NCBI RefSeq assembly: GCF_000711695.1
Contig: NW_013547018.1
Span: forward strand, 310,001 to 374,000
DNA: 64,000 nucleotides
DNA from: Tilletiaria anomala UBC 951
Taxonomy: Eukaryota
Direction of reading: 5' to 3'
Both the position numbers and the translations under genes were made by a program. Under the pieces are notes generated by a model. That model did not search any database and had not been told where the DNA came from. It saw only the letters and a list, made by a program, of their open reading frames with translations. Within the stretch, counting starts at the first letter, position 1; every line of letters starts with the position of its first letter. Of the stretch, positions 23,009 through 36,585 are shown one piece after another.

Positions 23009-26000
23009 TCAATAGCAGGCCGTCCGCACTGCGAACGCTGGGCCAAAGTCGGCAAACTGGTCGTCGTAGTACTGCTCGCCGCCGCTGAGCGCATGGCACG
23101 CTGAAAAGGCGGGCAGGTCGGCCGCGTCAAACGGCCGTCGACTCTGCCAGACGGCCGCGAGGTCGATCGGTCGTGGGATGATGGGCGCCTGTACGAGCGA
23201 GGGTGTGCAAATCAGACGTGTGCGCTTTCACAGCGGGCGGTAAGAGACACGCAAGCAAGCACTCACCGTCAGGAGGCAGCGTTCGACCGCGTCCCAGCGC
23301 ACGCCGGCGAACCACGGGTGTCGCTTGATGTCCTCGATCCCACCGGCGAGGTTGCCAAGGCGCTGTGAGAGCGTTGGCTGCAGCAGGCCGCGGATGAGGT
23401 GCGCAGCCTGCGCATCGATGCATGGTGGGAACAGCACGCCGGAGATGCCCTGTAGAATCTTCTCGTAAACCTCGAGCGGGCTGCCCGCGTAGAACGGCGG
23501 GTAGCCCGCCAGCATCTCGAACAACAGCACTCCCAGCGACCAGTAGTCCACCGCCTTGCCGTGCCCGCTGCTCTGGATGATCTCAGGTGCGAGGTACTCG
23601 GGCGTGCCACACAGCGTCCATGCGCGGTCCACGACCTGCTTGGCGAACCCGAAATCCGCCAGCTTGACGTATCCATCCGCGCGCAGCAGCAGGTTCTCCG
23701 GCTTCAGATCGCGGTAGGCAATGTCCCGCGCGTGCAGGTGCTCGAGAGCAAGCACAATGTTGCACACATAGAATCGCGCCGCGTCCGCCGTGAAGCGCTT
23801 GGCCTGGCGCAGATGCGCAAAGATCTCGCCCCCGGGGACAAACTCCATTAGCATGTAGCAGTTCAGCCCGTCCTGGAACGAGCTGTAAAGGTTAACCAGG
23901 AACGGGTGCGACACGTGCGCCAACACGTCCTTCTCCGACAGCGTGTGCTCCACCTGCCGCGATCTGATCACATCCTGCTTCCGCAGCACCTTGACCGCAA
24001 AATACGACCTCGGCTCGGCCGGCGATGCGCCCTTGAGCTTGACGAGCAGCACCTTGCCGAACGTCCCCGTGCCCACCTCGTCGACGACATCAAAGTGGTC
24101 GAGCCCGTACCGGGGTTGCGGGTCAAAGTACGGCGAAAACGGCAGCTCGCACACCGGCGGTGGCGGCGCCAGCCGCGTCTTCACGGCCGGCCGTCCAGCG
24201 GGAAGTGGGTCTGTGCAACCATGTTCGTGTCTGGGCGCACGTCGGCCGTCGGCGCCAACGGCGGCGGGCGCGGGTGCGTGCTCGTACGATCGCGTGGCGT
24301 ATCGATGTGACCTTGGCGGCTCGTACTGTGGCGGCGGAGGGTGCCACGGCGAGGGACTCGGCTCACCGCGTCGCTCGTGCATCTCGCCAAACGGAGAGAG
24401 GGCCGTGGCGGAAGTGGCGGACATGTCGCTCTTGGCCGAGTCAAGAGGGTTGCGGTAACCACAAGAAGAACCGCCGAACGGCCTTGGCATGTGCATAGCC
24501 ACGTCGTGCATGGTCGCTCCTGGCGGCACTGTTATGGTCACGTTGTTGTCTCGAGTGGGGGCGGTCCGACTGACAACATCGAGACGCAGTGAACCCATGT
24601 TGCACAATAGCCCGCGGCCGTTGGTAGCTGCGATAGCTTCTTTGGCATCTTTCGATAGCCATGGCAGCGCATAATTAGGAGCGCTGTTCCCGCCGTCAAG
24701 GGCGCGCCTCTTTTTGATCTTGGCATCATTCGACGCATCCGTACTGCCGGCCGCGTTTAACAAGGCAGTGATGGGCAACGCGACTGGCGCATGCTGCACC
24801 ACCACCACCTCCTCCTCCACGGTGTTCTCCTCCCCCAGTTTCTCCCCCACCACCTCATCTTCCACTTCATGCTGCTCCGACGAGGACGGTGCGCGTGCCA
24901 TGGTGTTCCCAAGCGTCGGCAAAGGCGAGCGCGTGGGCGGTGAGGGAGAGATATGCTCTGCGACGGCTTTGTCGCAGGCGATGCCCTGACCGTATACTCC
25001 AGTCGCTCGCGATAAGGTGGAAGTCTTGTCGGAGAGCCTGCTCCAATTAGTACTGTTGCGTCTAGACGACGCCTTTTGCGCAGATGTCTGCTGCCTGCTG
25101 TACGACTTTGCTGTGTGGCGAAATTAATTTGAAAAGAAATTAGTTGAACAGCTGAAGACGTTGCTCAGAGGTACGTCGGCGAGCGACACTCACCTACAAT
25201 CTCCTTCAAGATATCATCTAGTGGCCTGAGACCCAAGCTTTCGCGCAGCCTGGGTTTGAGAGCTTCTGGGATGCGCCCTCCAGGGAAGGAGCAGAGTGGG
25301 ACATATCCTTCTTCCTCGCGCAAGGGTAGCGCATGCTGGTGCAGCAGCTGTGGTGCGCGCTCTCGAGCATCGGATGCGGTTGAGTTGTTTGTTGCCACAG
25401 AAGAGGAGGAAGGGTAGAATGTGTCTGCAGCATTGGATTGTATGGTGCTCGTCCGCGGCGTATGGCTGACGCTTCCGTTCACGCTCACGCCAGCGCCAAC
25501 GCCCGCACCGCCGACGTACGAGCTTTGCAGACCGCTCTCGGGCACATGCCAGCCGGGGCTGACGGCCGGCAGACCGTTCTCGATGCGCACCTGCAACCTG
25601 CGTGCTGCGGCTGTCAATAGCGGCGGCGGAGATGGCGCTTGGAGCGCGCCAGGCGCCGATCCCTCCCTAGCGGTAGATCCCGAGCTCGCGCTGCCTCGCT
25701 GGTCGGAGCTGACGCTGTCCGCCGAGTGCTGTCGTGTGGACTGCCGCGACCTCGCATCGCTCCCTGCATGCTGGACTTGCTGAGCTTGGAGGGAGGTAGA
25801 CCTGCGGAAAGCTTTGTAGAGATCCAGATCGGCTTCCCGCTTAGCGACTCGCAGGAGCCTCTCCAGCTCTACATCCTCGCTTCTTGCTGTCGCATCCCTT
25901 CCCTGGCGCAGCTCGCGCTCACGCTCCTCTTGCCGCTCACGGTCGATCGCGTCTTCTTCGTCTTCTTCATCATTGTTTCCGGTTGAATTGACATGCATGG

Positions 26001-27111
26001 CGCTATCAGCGAACGCCGCTTCACCCTCCTGGCTGTCCTTGCCTCCATCATCATACCTGCCGGCATGCTGTATGGCGCCGACATCGTAGCTGATCCGCTG
26101 CGCGGTGTCGCGCGTGCTCTTGGCGTCGTGCACGTGCTTCGGCAACGGGAACAGAGAGTCGACGGGCCGTTCCGGAGGGGCCAGGCCGATGCCGCTGTTC
26201 ATCGCGTTCGCTGTCCAGGGCCCTAGGCTGAGAGACGAGTGCGCATGAACTGTGCCTGTGCCTGTGCCTGTCCCTAGGCTGCTAGATACGGCCTGGCACC
26301 CCGAGTTGCGCACGAAGTCGTCCTTTGGCGCAGGTGCCGTTGCCGTCTCCGGGCATGGTGTCTGTGATGACGATGATGGCGCTGATGCAGCCAGTGGCAG
26401 AGCAGCGAACGCGTAGGAATCGATTCGTCGCTGCTTGCCTCTCGCCTTGCTCGATAGCGCCTTTGAACCCTTGTCCTTGCTCGCGCTCGTGCCCATGACG
26501 GCTGTGGGTGATGCAGACCGCTCCTTGCGCTTCTGGCTGCGCTTGTCCAGCTCTTCTTGCAAGATGCGCGCCACATCCTCGTCCATGAACGCGGACGGAG
26601 ACGCAGAAAAGGGCTCTGCCTCATGCAGGCCGGTCCGCGTGCTCGACATGCTCATCTGCAAGCCTCCTACGTAGGTCTGAAGACCGTGCACGTACCCTGG
26701 CTGCTGGGTGCTTTGCAAGAGAGCCGAAGATGCTTTGCCTTTCGGAGCCCACAGAGAGCCGTGTGCTGTTGGCAGCGACATGAGCGCACCGCCTTGGAAA
26801 TCATCGCTGGCGCCTCGAGTGGAGAGCTGGCCTGATGCATCAGGAGGCATGACAACGTTCTCTTGATCCATGCCGTGAGTGCCATGTGTGTGACGAGCGG
26901 CTTCGAGGGCCTTAGACGGCTGCTGGTGAGCTTCAAGCGACGGAGAGAAGCTCATGCCTTGGCCGGCAACCCGTAGCTCGTCTCGAGCTTCTAGCGTCAT
27001 GCTGCCTTTGCTACTGCTCTCGCCTGCAGTGGGATTGGACATCTCTCTTTCCAATCTCTCCTCTGCCTGTCTCTTCGATGAAATTGCAGTAACCCTCATG
27101 GAGGTGTCCAT
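23009..27111 (-). CDS. cAMP-dependent protein kinase catalytic subunit (second, Uka1/PkaC2-like class) with very long N-terminal extension; exons 27111-25194, 25110-23267, 23188-23009
   Basis: GTGTFGKV, YRDLKPEN, DFGFAK, WTLCGTPEYLAPE, C-terminal FADF; intron 25111-25193 (gtgagt/actaat/cacag) joins the upstream ORF in frame; start codon uncertain (27111, 27279, or 24901 for a short form). Confidence 0.85.
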
Positions 27112-28798
27112 GGCCCGATGTGTCGGAGCGGCAGCGTCGGCGTTCACAGCTTGGAGCTGAGTGTGGGATGTGATGAGAATGATGGTTTCTATCGATTTCG
27201 AGCCGTCTTCCTTACCTGGCGCGAACTCCCCCACTCCCCACCGGCGATGCTGCCCGGATGCGCTGATATCGCAGGACATGTCCCCCGCCGCTTGCAGACG
27301 AGCGTTAGAATTGCCCGCCCAATCTTCCCCACTCGGACTGCCTTGTCCCACCCAGAGTTTGCCGTTGATGCTCTTCCCAGGGCCACGGTGTCGAAAATTA
27401 CTCTCCTCCACCGTCAGGCGAACCTTCGGCGATGGCCTCTGTCTTGCATCTTCTCGCTGCAAGTTGCTGACAGTTTGCGCCTTGGCAGCCCAGTTGTTGC
27501 AGACCGGGACAAAAAGTGGACTATGTAGTTCACAGTCGGACGCTGAAATTAGCGAAGATGAGGCGCTGAAACTGCGCTTCTCTTTCCTCTCTGGGCTTAG
27601 CCGTGGGCCTAGGCCCGGAGCGGCACCCGGTGAAAATAATCAATTCTGCATGCACTGCATAGCTGGGGGGTTGGGAGTGGGGCTTCTTTTTTCTTTCTTT
27701 TTTTTCTTGCCTGTGGCCCGGTGCCTCATCTCTTTTGTTCTGCGTTGCGTGGGGCCACCCAAGTATGGGCGGCGGTCTGCCCTCTGCCGCCGTGCTGCAC
27801 ATCGACTTGCTCTAATTGGCGAGGTCCAAGAGAAATTCGGAGGGTTTCGTTCCTTGTGTCACAATTGCGCCCAGTATCACGACAAATGTCATGGAAACAT
27901 GGAAGCATCAAACGATCCAATGGGCGAAGTCCACGGTTAGTAGTACCACGACGCAACAAACAGATGCTTGATGCGTTTCCGAGCATCTGCTTCCTCCTCC
28001 TCCCAACTGCTTTGTTGCAGCGACCAAGCGGGCGATGATCCTGGTGATGCTTCCATTTGAGATGGCATGCAGTCCAGATGCCATATACCATTTTACAACG
28101 ATGGGGCAAGCAGGCAGCAAACTGGCCTGCTGCTTTACCCTTGCTTGACGCCTTGACGTTGGTTGCAGGACCGCCACTGTCCAACCTGTGGCAGCATCGC
28201 TGATCCGGGTTTCACAGCAGCAGCTTGCCAAAGGCGCTTACACGAACTGCATGCTGGAAGAATTGGTAATCAAATGTAGAGTCGCAACAGCGTTGCCGCT
28301 CAACGGGACCCCAGTCCTCCTGTTCAGCGACGGTTCCGAACGTGCTTGGTGCTGCCCAGAACTATGGATCCCTCTTGCGTCATTTCTCTGCGCGTTCCTT
28401 ACTCAGTTTAAAATGATCTCGAGATTGCTACGGACCTTGCTTCCAGGTACACCAAGAAGCGTGCTGGGCTGATAATAGACAGGGTGTCGCATGTCGGCGT
28501 GACGCTCTTGATAAACCGACGGCTGACGCACTTGCCTCGCTCGAGCGGTCCCGGCTTGCTCAGCTCCCCGATGTCCCGTCTATCAATGGATGCAGACTCC
28601 GTTACCCTCGTTGGAACATGGGACCTCCGCAGCATAGGAACTTTAAAGAATGAAGATCCCTGCCTCCCGCTTTAAAAGGTTGTCTGCCCTCTCTTTTTCA
28701 CCAGCATCCCCAAATCTACTTTCGACCGCGCAACATTTTCCAGTCTTCGCACATCGGGAACAACCAGCACTGCTGGAACCAACAAGGTACCAATCAAG

Positions 28799-31008
28799 AT
28801 GTCAGCGCCTGGGCAATTTTACGACGCGCAGGGCACCGCAATGTCGCCGTCAGAGAAAATGCAACACGGCGGGCAGGCGCACAATGGAGACCCGCAGTCG
28901 CGTAAACACCCACAGCCTTACAGAAAACACAGCGATCAAGCGAATGGCATTGGCGGCACTGGCACTGGCGCAACTTCGTACGCTACGGTCCCCACTGAGT
29001 ACTCTGCCTACCCGACATTCAAGTCGGGAGTCAGAAGTCTGATCGAAGAGAAGACGATGGCCGCCGTCACCTGGCAAGGCAAGGGCGCGGTCGCGTTAAG
29101 AGAAGTCGACGTGCCGCATGTGACGAACGCTGAAGACATTGTCATTAGGTACGTGTTGTTCCAGCCGGCGCAGACTCGGATCTGACTGTCAGCTGATGAT
29201 ACATTCCTTCGCTCCTTGCGTCTTACAGAACCACCGGAACGTCTCTGTCAGTCCCTTCTGTTTGCTGGAGCGCCCGCGTCCTCCCCCGTCGACCATGATG
29301 CTGACCGTGCACAATCTTGGGTGCTGCTCAGCTGCCATGCAGACATGCACATCTACCGCGGTGATGTCTTTGACCTGAAGTTGGGTGACATCATGGGTAT
29401 GTCTCACGTCGCAATGCGAAGCTCAGTTCGCTGCCAGCAGTTGACAGATCAGCACAATTTCTCTCTGTGTAGGGCATGAGGCTGTCGGCCAAGTGGTGCA
29501 GCTTGGATCCGCTGTGAAGAATCTGCAGCTTGGCGACAGAGTGTGCTGCAGCTTTGCGCTCGGCTGTGGATCCTGTGAAGGCTGCCAGAGGGGCGAAACT
29601 GGCAGAATCTGCGACAAGGCAGGCCACAATGGTTACTTGGTAGGGGTCGCCTGGACTCGGTTCCTACCCCGATTGCAAGGACCTTCGCTGACTGTAACGA
29701 GCAACCTGCACTGTCTGCACAGGGAAAGCTGTATGGCGAGAGACATTCGAGCCTTGAGGGACATGCTCACTTCTCGTCTGGGGGCATCGCCGGATGCCAG
29801 GGTGGGTGCTCTGGACTAGCGATGACCACATCACACGATGCTGACAATTCCGATGGGTGCATAGCGCAATACGTGAGGATTCCGTGCGCGGAGAACAACG
29901 TGCTCAGGGTGCCCAACGGCGTCTCAGATGAGACGGCGCTCTTTCTCTCCGACGTTGCTGTGTCCGCCTACCATGCGGTCAGAGATGTCGGTCTTCAGAG
30001 CGGCAACACCGTGCTGATCATCGGCAGTGGCCCTGTTGGTCAACTCGTCGCTCAGTGGGTGCAAGTCTTTGGCGCCAGGCGCATCGTGCTGGTAGACTCT
30101 ATTCAGTCGCGCCTCGATTGGGCAAAGCAGAAGCTCGGACCGGCGATCGAGGCGACCAACTCAGACAGCAAGACAGACTGTCCGCACGGCTTTAGCCAAA
30201 AGATGCACGAGCTCGAGCCGCATGGCTTCGACATTTGCTTTGAAGTCGCTGGTCCTCCCAAAACTGCCATGGCCACTTCGCCCACGGCACATGCTGCGGC
30301 TACGCTGCCGGGCAAGCTGGCCGAGCTCGCCATCCCGCGCCGCTTGGGTATAGGCTCACTTCAAAAGGCCATGAAGACACTCAGTGCCGGCCACGGTATC
30401 ACACACCCGCTCAACGAGTGCATCCTCGCCGCTCGCAACGGCGGTCGCGTCTCGATCATTGCAGACTACGCTGGGCAGCTCGGCAACTTTAACATGGGTC
30501 TGCTGACGGAGAAGGGAGTGAAGCTGTATGGCCACGGCCAGCCTCCCGTCCAGCGGTACTGGCAAGAGATTCTCGAGGGTGAGTGGACAGCCATTGGTTG
30601 GATAGTAGGCAATGCTCACCAAAAGTGGACCGAGGGAACAAACTAACGAACGCGTCCTTGCACTTTGTAGAGTACATCATGCCGGGCCGGTTCGATCCAA
30701 CAAAGGTCTTGACGCATCGCTATGCGCTCGAGGAGCTGCCTAAGCTGTACGACGCGATGTACAACCGCAAGCTGTTTGAGGAGAGTAAGGACAAGCCGAT
30801 CCTCAAGGTCTTCGTTCAGGTGAGATGATGCTTCTGATGCATTGTTGAGGTTAGGAAGGAGGAGGCGTGGCAAATGCTGATGCTGACTCGCACTGGAGAA
30901 TGCTTTCACTTTTGCGCATTTTCTCAGACCAAATTCTCAGCTGAGCCATCAGCTGGCATGCCGCCCGTGACCAAAGCGCATGCTTCCAACGGCGCACCCC
31001 ACGCTTGA
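28799..31008 (+). CDS. Zinc-dependent medium-chain dehydrogenase (formaldehyde dehydrogenase-like), multi-exon with an 18-nt micro-exon (29229-29246)
   Basis: Spliced TTGTSLCHADMHIY, MGHEAVG, CGSCEGCx8C structural Zn site, LSDV, IIGSGPVG Rossmann motif, THRYALEE. Confidence 0.9.
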
Positions 31009-31696
31009 GCGTCATCAAGCGTCAAGTGTGAGCACGCTGCCCTAACCTCTCACAAGCGATATCCAGACGCGATGCTCGTCAAATGCTTCCACTCGCAACG
31101 AATCGTGCTCCGCGTGTGCCTATGCCCGTGGTCGCTGTAGTATACCTTTTTGAGATTCGTCGCCATCACCATGCCACCGAGTCAGCTTTGCGCCGTAGGC
31201 CTGTGGCCGGCCGCGAATCCGTGCGTGTGCTTTTGAGTTGCTGCACAGGTAAATGCCCCCAGATGTACATCGCCTGTGCATGCTCAACGATTAACTCCAT
31301 CAGAAGCGGTGAGCAGAGAGAGTGCGTGCGCATTGCTGCTTGACGACGGACGCCCGAGAGGGAGAGAGGGCAGTCAGGCTCGGCTGGTTGCTTATTACTA
31401 TTATGCTCTTCAGTGTGAGACATTTCATCACGTGACTATGGAAACAAAATCGCAGGCCTTCCGCTTGTGTGTCCCTTCGCTCTTTCCTCTCTCTCCTTCT
31501 CGAATCCTATCGTTCGTCGACTCTCAGAAAGCACGTCCGGAGCTTGAAAGAAGAGTCGTGGTCCGGAGGGCGGCATGATCCTTCAGCAGGCAGGTGGTAA
31601 AACGGGCTGAGTATAAGGCCTTGACGCCGGGTGCATAGCAAGTGGATGCGCGTGTGAGCTCCATCAGACTGCCAGCTTCGCGCAGTGCTGTCCGCC

Positions 31697-34600
31697 ATGG
31701 ACCGATCATTCTATCGCCAGTCGGACTCGGCCAACGTCCCTGAGCCGCAGCCTTCTCTGACAGGCCCCGTCCGCCGCCTCGGAGCTAAGCATGGTGCAAA
31801 TGCGTTCTCGAGAACCGGGGCAAAGCCGTATGACCGGCCAAAGTCTGCCGGTCAACGAGATGACTCGCAGCACGATCAGCATGGAGTGCAAGGGTTCAAG
31901 ACTCCCGTTCGGCTGACACAGCCTTCGTTAGGAAACCAAGAGCAGCGTCAACAGCAAAACGCATCGGCTCCATCCAGTGACACTCCGAGACCAGGCTTCC
32001 TCGGACGGGTTTCCAATCTGGTCTCGCGGCCTTACTCATGGCTGACGTCGACTCCAGCCCCTGTTGCCGCTTCGAGTTCGGCGCCGAGCGACGCGGTCTC
32101 AACTCGCCAAATTCCGTCCTCTGCGCCACGTCCCCGAGAACACAGGTCGTCAGATACGGCTGCAGGATCGCATACCTCGCGCACGTTCGCAAGCATCCCT
32201 TCTCAGTCACGGACAGACGCAAGTGCGGCGATCCGGGCGGTTGGGATTCAAAGGCTCGACTCACATCGCCAAGAAGGGACGCCTTCGCGAACTATGTCAG
32301 TGTATTCAGCTGCTCCATCTCAGGCCTCCCGCTTCTCGGGAATGTCGGGCTCTCAGTCGTTTGCATTCGGCTTTGGCTCGGAACGTAGACTCGGCGGGCT
32401 CGGCCCGCGAGGACCAAGCCGGCTCTCCTCTGCCAGCGTCATCGGCTTTGGTGGGACCAGTTCTTCTGCTGTGGGATCTACTCTCGGGAGTGCAAGGCGA
32501 CTCCAACAGCAACGGCCCATCTCTGGCTCCAGCCTGGTGGGAAGTGTGGGACGCAGCCCGATCAGCCGAAGAGTTGCACGCTCGAGTCTCGGCTCGTCCG
32601 GCCTTGCAACCGGGGGCGTGTACGCGGCCAGTGAGATCGGTGGCAGCTATGCTACGCGTGCAGCCTTTGGTACCCCGAGTAGGCAACCGGCACACGCTGG
32701 CTCCGCATTTGGACCCTCGCGCGCCGGGAGCGCCTACCGTGCCGACGGCGCCGCGGGGGCGGCGCCATCCGAATTTGGCTCAGTGTACAGCGGAGCGCCT
32801 AGCACGCCTGGCAGGCGCCACCGGCAGCCCTGGACATCACTCAATCTGCACGCGCCCAGCAGCACGAGACGCATGGAGGACACGGAAGGGGAAGAGATGA
32901 TGCGCATGTACGCTGCGGCAAATGCCAGGGAGCAGGGCACTGATGCAGAGTTGGAGGAGGTTATGGGTGCTTCCCTATCATCACGATTGGATTCCACTCG
33001 TGCTGATGCAGTTGAGCCTACGCTGGGCAAGAGGCCGAGAGAACCGAGTGGCTTAGAGGATGCAGAAGGCGAAGACTACGTAAGTGTCAGCAATGCGCTT
33101 CATCTCAACCCTCGCTTATTTACCTCCAATACCTCTTCTCTTCACATATTACGTCTTGCGATTAGGTTTGGAGCTCCCGCAAGCGGCGCAAGCAGATGAT
33201 CTACGACCCAGAGCTTGGCTTCGTCACCCCCGAAGAGCTGCAGGCTAGACGTGAGTGTCGCCCGATCGTGATTGCTCGTTTGAGTCTGCGTCCTGAGTTT
33301 GCGCTACATGATCTTCTTCCGTAATATCCAGGGCCGGCCCCTCCTCCACCAAAGAATGAGGCGGAAGCCATTCTCAATCATCTTGAGCGTTTGCGCACGC
33401 CTTTAGGGGACGCGCGGCGAGGGCTTCAGTCTTCACCGATTGTGAGAGCGCAGTTTTGGTGCGACACAGTATGCAAACTTGCTGGGCCCATGCTCATCTT
33501 CTCTTTTTTCCAGTCCAATCGCATTCTTGCGCCAGTGCCTGTGCCGACGCCTGAGCGCTCACAACGTTTCGGCTATGTTGACACCCTTGGTGAAGATTCT
33601 GGGACAAGCGGGAGTGTATCAGGAGTGGGGCAACGCTCAACCTCGAGTCTGCGCAAATCGATTGCCCCACAGACAAGAGCTCTGGAGAAGAATCGCAAGG
33701 CGTACGAAAACTCGCCTATGCGCAGTGCAGCTGGTGAAGGGGGCCTTAGGGCCAAGCTGCGCGACAGCTTCAAAGCCTCCACACCGCGAGCGAGCAGCGT
33801 GGACAATGGCAAGAGCATCAAGGGTGTTATTGCGCGGAAAGTGAACCAAAGGCAGTTCGAGGAAGAGGAAGATGAAGATGAGGATTATATTCCTGACATG
33901 GAGGAGGAGCAAGAGTCGAGTGGAAGCGAGATGGCTGTTGAAGAAGAGGAGGAGGCAGCCTTAGATGATGCACTTCCACCTCCGAAACCGGCGGCTCAGC
34001 GAACGGGGCTACAGAAAGCAGTGGGCAAGAGCGAAGGTACGCAGCAAGAGAATACTGCTGCTCCCAGTCTGAGAGACGGTCTACGTGCATCAAGCGCAGC
34101 GCCGATGGGTCGACTGACTCTGTCGAGCTCAAAAGATGACAACTTCACTATCCGCTCGGACCCGACCGAAAGCAGCAGCTCTCGATCGAGTTTGCGCGTC
34201 GCAGCGACCAAAACCAGCCGTCAGCATCAGAAAGCGAGTGGGCGTTTCACGGCCGATGACGGCAGTGACGAAGAGGATAGTGACGAATTGGACGAAAAGG
34301 TGCTGAAGCAGCTGCAAGCGAGCAAGAGCGTGACGCCCGTCGCAATCTTCCCAACAAGCTTCAAATTTGCGGATGAAGGCATTACCTCCTCTGCCCACAT
34401 TGCTTCGCCCGTGTCGGCGCGGACGCGAAGCACTGCAACTGTAACGCCGGCTGCAGTCGCTTCAGCTGCACCCGTACAGCCCCCAAAGATCGTCTTCAAA
34501 GCAGTTGCTGAAGAAGGCTGGGAGAAGCCAACCACATCGTCTGCTCCTGCTGCTGTGGGCAAAGCATCAGATCTTGCGCCTAGCACTGGCTCTTTACTGG

Positions 34601-36408
34601 CACGTATGGGTGACTTTGCCGAGGACTCTACCCCCTCTGCGCCTGCAGCAGCGCCGGCTTCGCAGCCAAAGCCAGCTTTCTCCTTCGCTGCACCGGCTGC
34701 GGTAGGTCAAGATGTCAGCGCTGTCAATCCGACTCCAAAGCCGATCTTCTCCTTTGCACCGACCCCCGCAACTAGCAATGCTGTGACTCCCACATTTGAA
34801 AGCGAAAAGAAGTCTACTATCCCGAACGATTTCTTCAGCCTTCCATCTAAGGACACCTCCGCATCTAAGAAAGACACGCCGAGCAGCGAAGATGGTGCAG
34901 AGAGCAGGCCCAACTTTTTCGCAAGCTCACTCGCGAAGCTACCTCAGAAGGAAGCTAGCGCACCAGCTGGCAAGCCAATGTTCAGCTTTGGCACAGCCGA
35001 GCTTTCGAAAACCTCCGCTGCAACGCCAATTTTCTCGCTGCCCAAGCCCTCATCTTCGGAAGAAGCGTCAGAAACAAGCACGAAAAAGGAGCGCTCCGCC
35101 GATGATGCATCGGAGGAAAGCAAGGCGCCCGTTCAAGCCGATTCCACTTCGAAGAAGCCGGCATTCAGTTTCGCTAATGGCACAGCAGCTGGTGGTAGCG
35201 AAGCGTCGAAGCCACCGGCTTTCTCATTCGGCAGCCCATCTGCAACCTCAAGTCTGAACCCGCCAGCATCGACGGCTCCTAGCTCCAGTACACCTGCTTT
35301 CTCCTTCGGAACGCCTGCCGTAACGAGTGCTTCGACGTCAGCCGCAGCGCCTTTTCCCTTCAAAAAGCCGGAAGCGGCGCCCAGGCGAGAGACCAATGGC
35401 AGCGCTGCGACTTCAGCTTCCCAGCCTGCATCAGGGACACCAGCCTTGTCGTTCGGTGCACCAACCTCATCGGTGCCACTTGCTTCGTCGGCTGCACCCG
35501 CGTTCAGCTTTGGACAACCAGCAGCGTCGTCTGCCTCGTCGACACCGACAGCAGCTGCAGGCTCGCAGACACCTGCGACAGGAACAACAGCTTTACCAGC
35601 TGACTTGATGGATGAATCGCCTGGTGGGGGCGCTGTTGCAACTGCAGCAGGTGCACCACCGTCCACGCCCTCCTTCTCATTTGGCGTACCTTCTTCGGCC
35701 GCACCAACAGTGCCGAAGCCGCTCTTCTCCTTCGGTGCACTTAGCGCAACAAATACGGCTCCTACTGCTGGGACACCGGCAAGTCTTCCATCGTTCGGTG
35801 GCTTTGGGCAGGCACCTGTCGGCGCAGGCTCTGGTGCAGCAGCAGGGACAACGTTTGGAATTGCATCCTCTACTACACAGTCGTTCACGTTCGGCCAGCC
35901 AGTAGGCGGCTCACAGAGTTCTGGGTTTGGCGTTACGCCTTCGTCGCAAGCGCCAGCCAAGTCTCCGTTCGGTTTCGGTGGTAACACCGGCGCATCCAAG
36001 GGGCAGGCGCCAGCCATGGCGCAGACTGGCAGCAATGGGAGCGCAGGGAGCCAGAACGCATTCACATTCGGTGCGCCATCCAGCGGCAGCGCCCCCTCCA
36101 GCCCTGCACCGGGTACTGCGTTCAACTTCAACTTTGGAAGTACAGCGCCGGCATTTGGCAGCAGTAGCATCACCACCGCCGCTTTTGGTGCCAATGGCAA
36201 CGCTGCTCCTCAGCCTTCGCAGTCGCAGCTGGCAGCGTTCACGTTCGGGTCTGGGACCTCTGTACCGGGGACGCCGCCGGGTACATCGGCGGGCGCGCCG
36301 CCTGCTGCCGCGGGGACATTCTTCAACATGGGCTCAGCACCTTCTTCGACGCCAGGCTCGCCAAGGCGGGTCAAAGGTCTACCTCCACGAGCGAGGCGTG
36401 CAGGCTGA
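31697..36408 (+). CDS. FG-repeat nuclear basket nucleoporin, Nup1/Nup124/Nup153-like; introns 33080-33165, 33251-33331, 33442-33513
   Basis: Many FSFG/FTFG/FxF repeats; EAEAILNHLERLRTPLGDARR resembles the Nup153/Nup1 helix; basic C-terminus RRVKGLPPRARR. Confidence 0.85.
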
Positions 36409-36585
36409 GGCCAAAGTTCCATGCCATTTCGCATGTTGCATCTATCAGCAACAATCGATGCAAAGAACATGTAACATATCCTTGGAAGTATGTCATACAT
36501 GCAACAGCAAGAGCCACCACCCATTTCGTCGGCTCTCTCTCTACACAATTATTGTTTGCGGCAGGACTGATAGAGGACTAGCACC

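Noticed and set aside
25165..27462. Stand-alone 765-aa hypothetical gene
   Set aside because: A consensus intron joins it in frame to the PKA kinase, so it is treated as exon 1 of that gene
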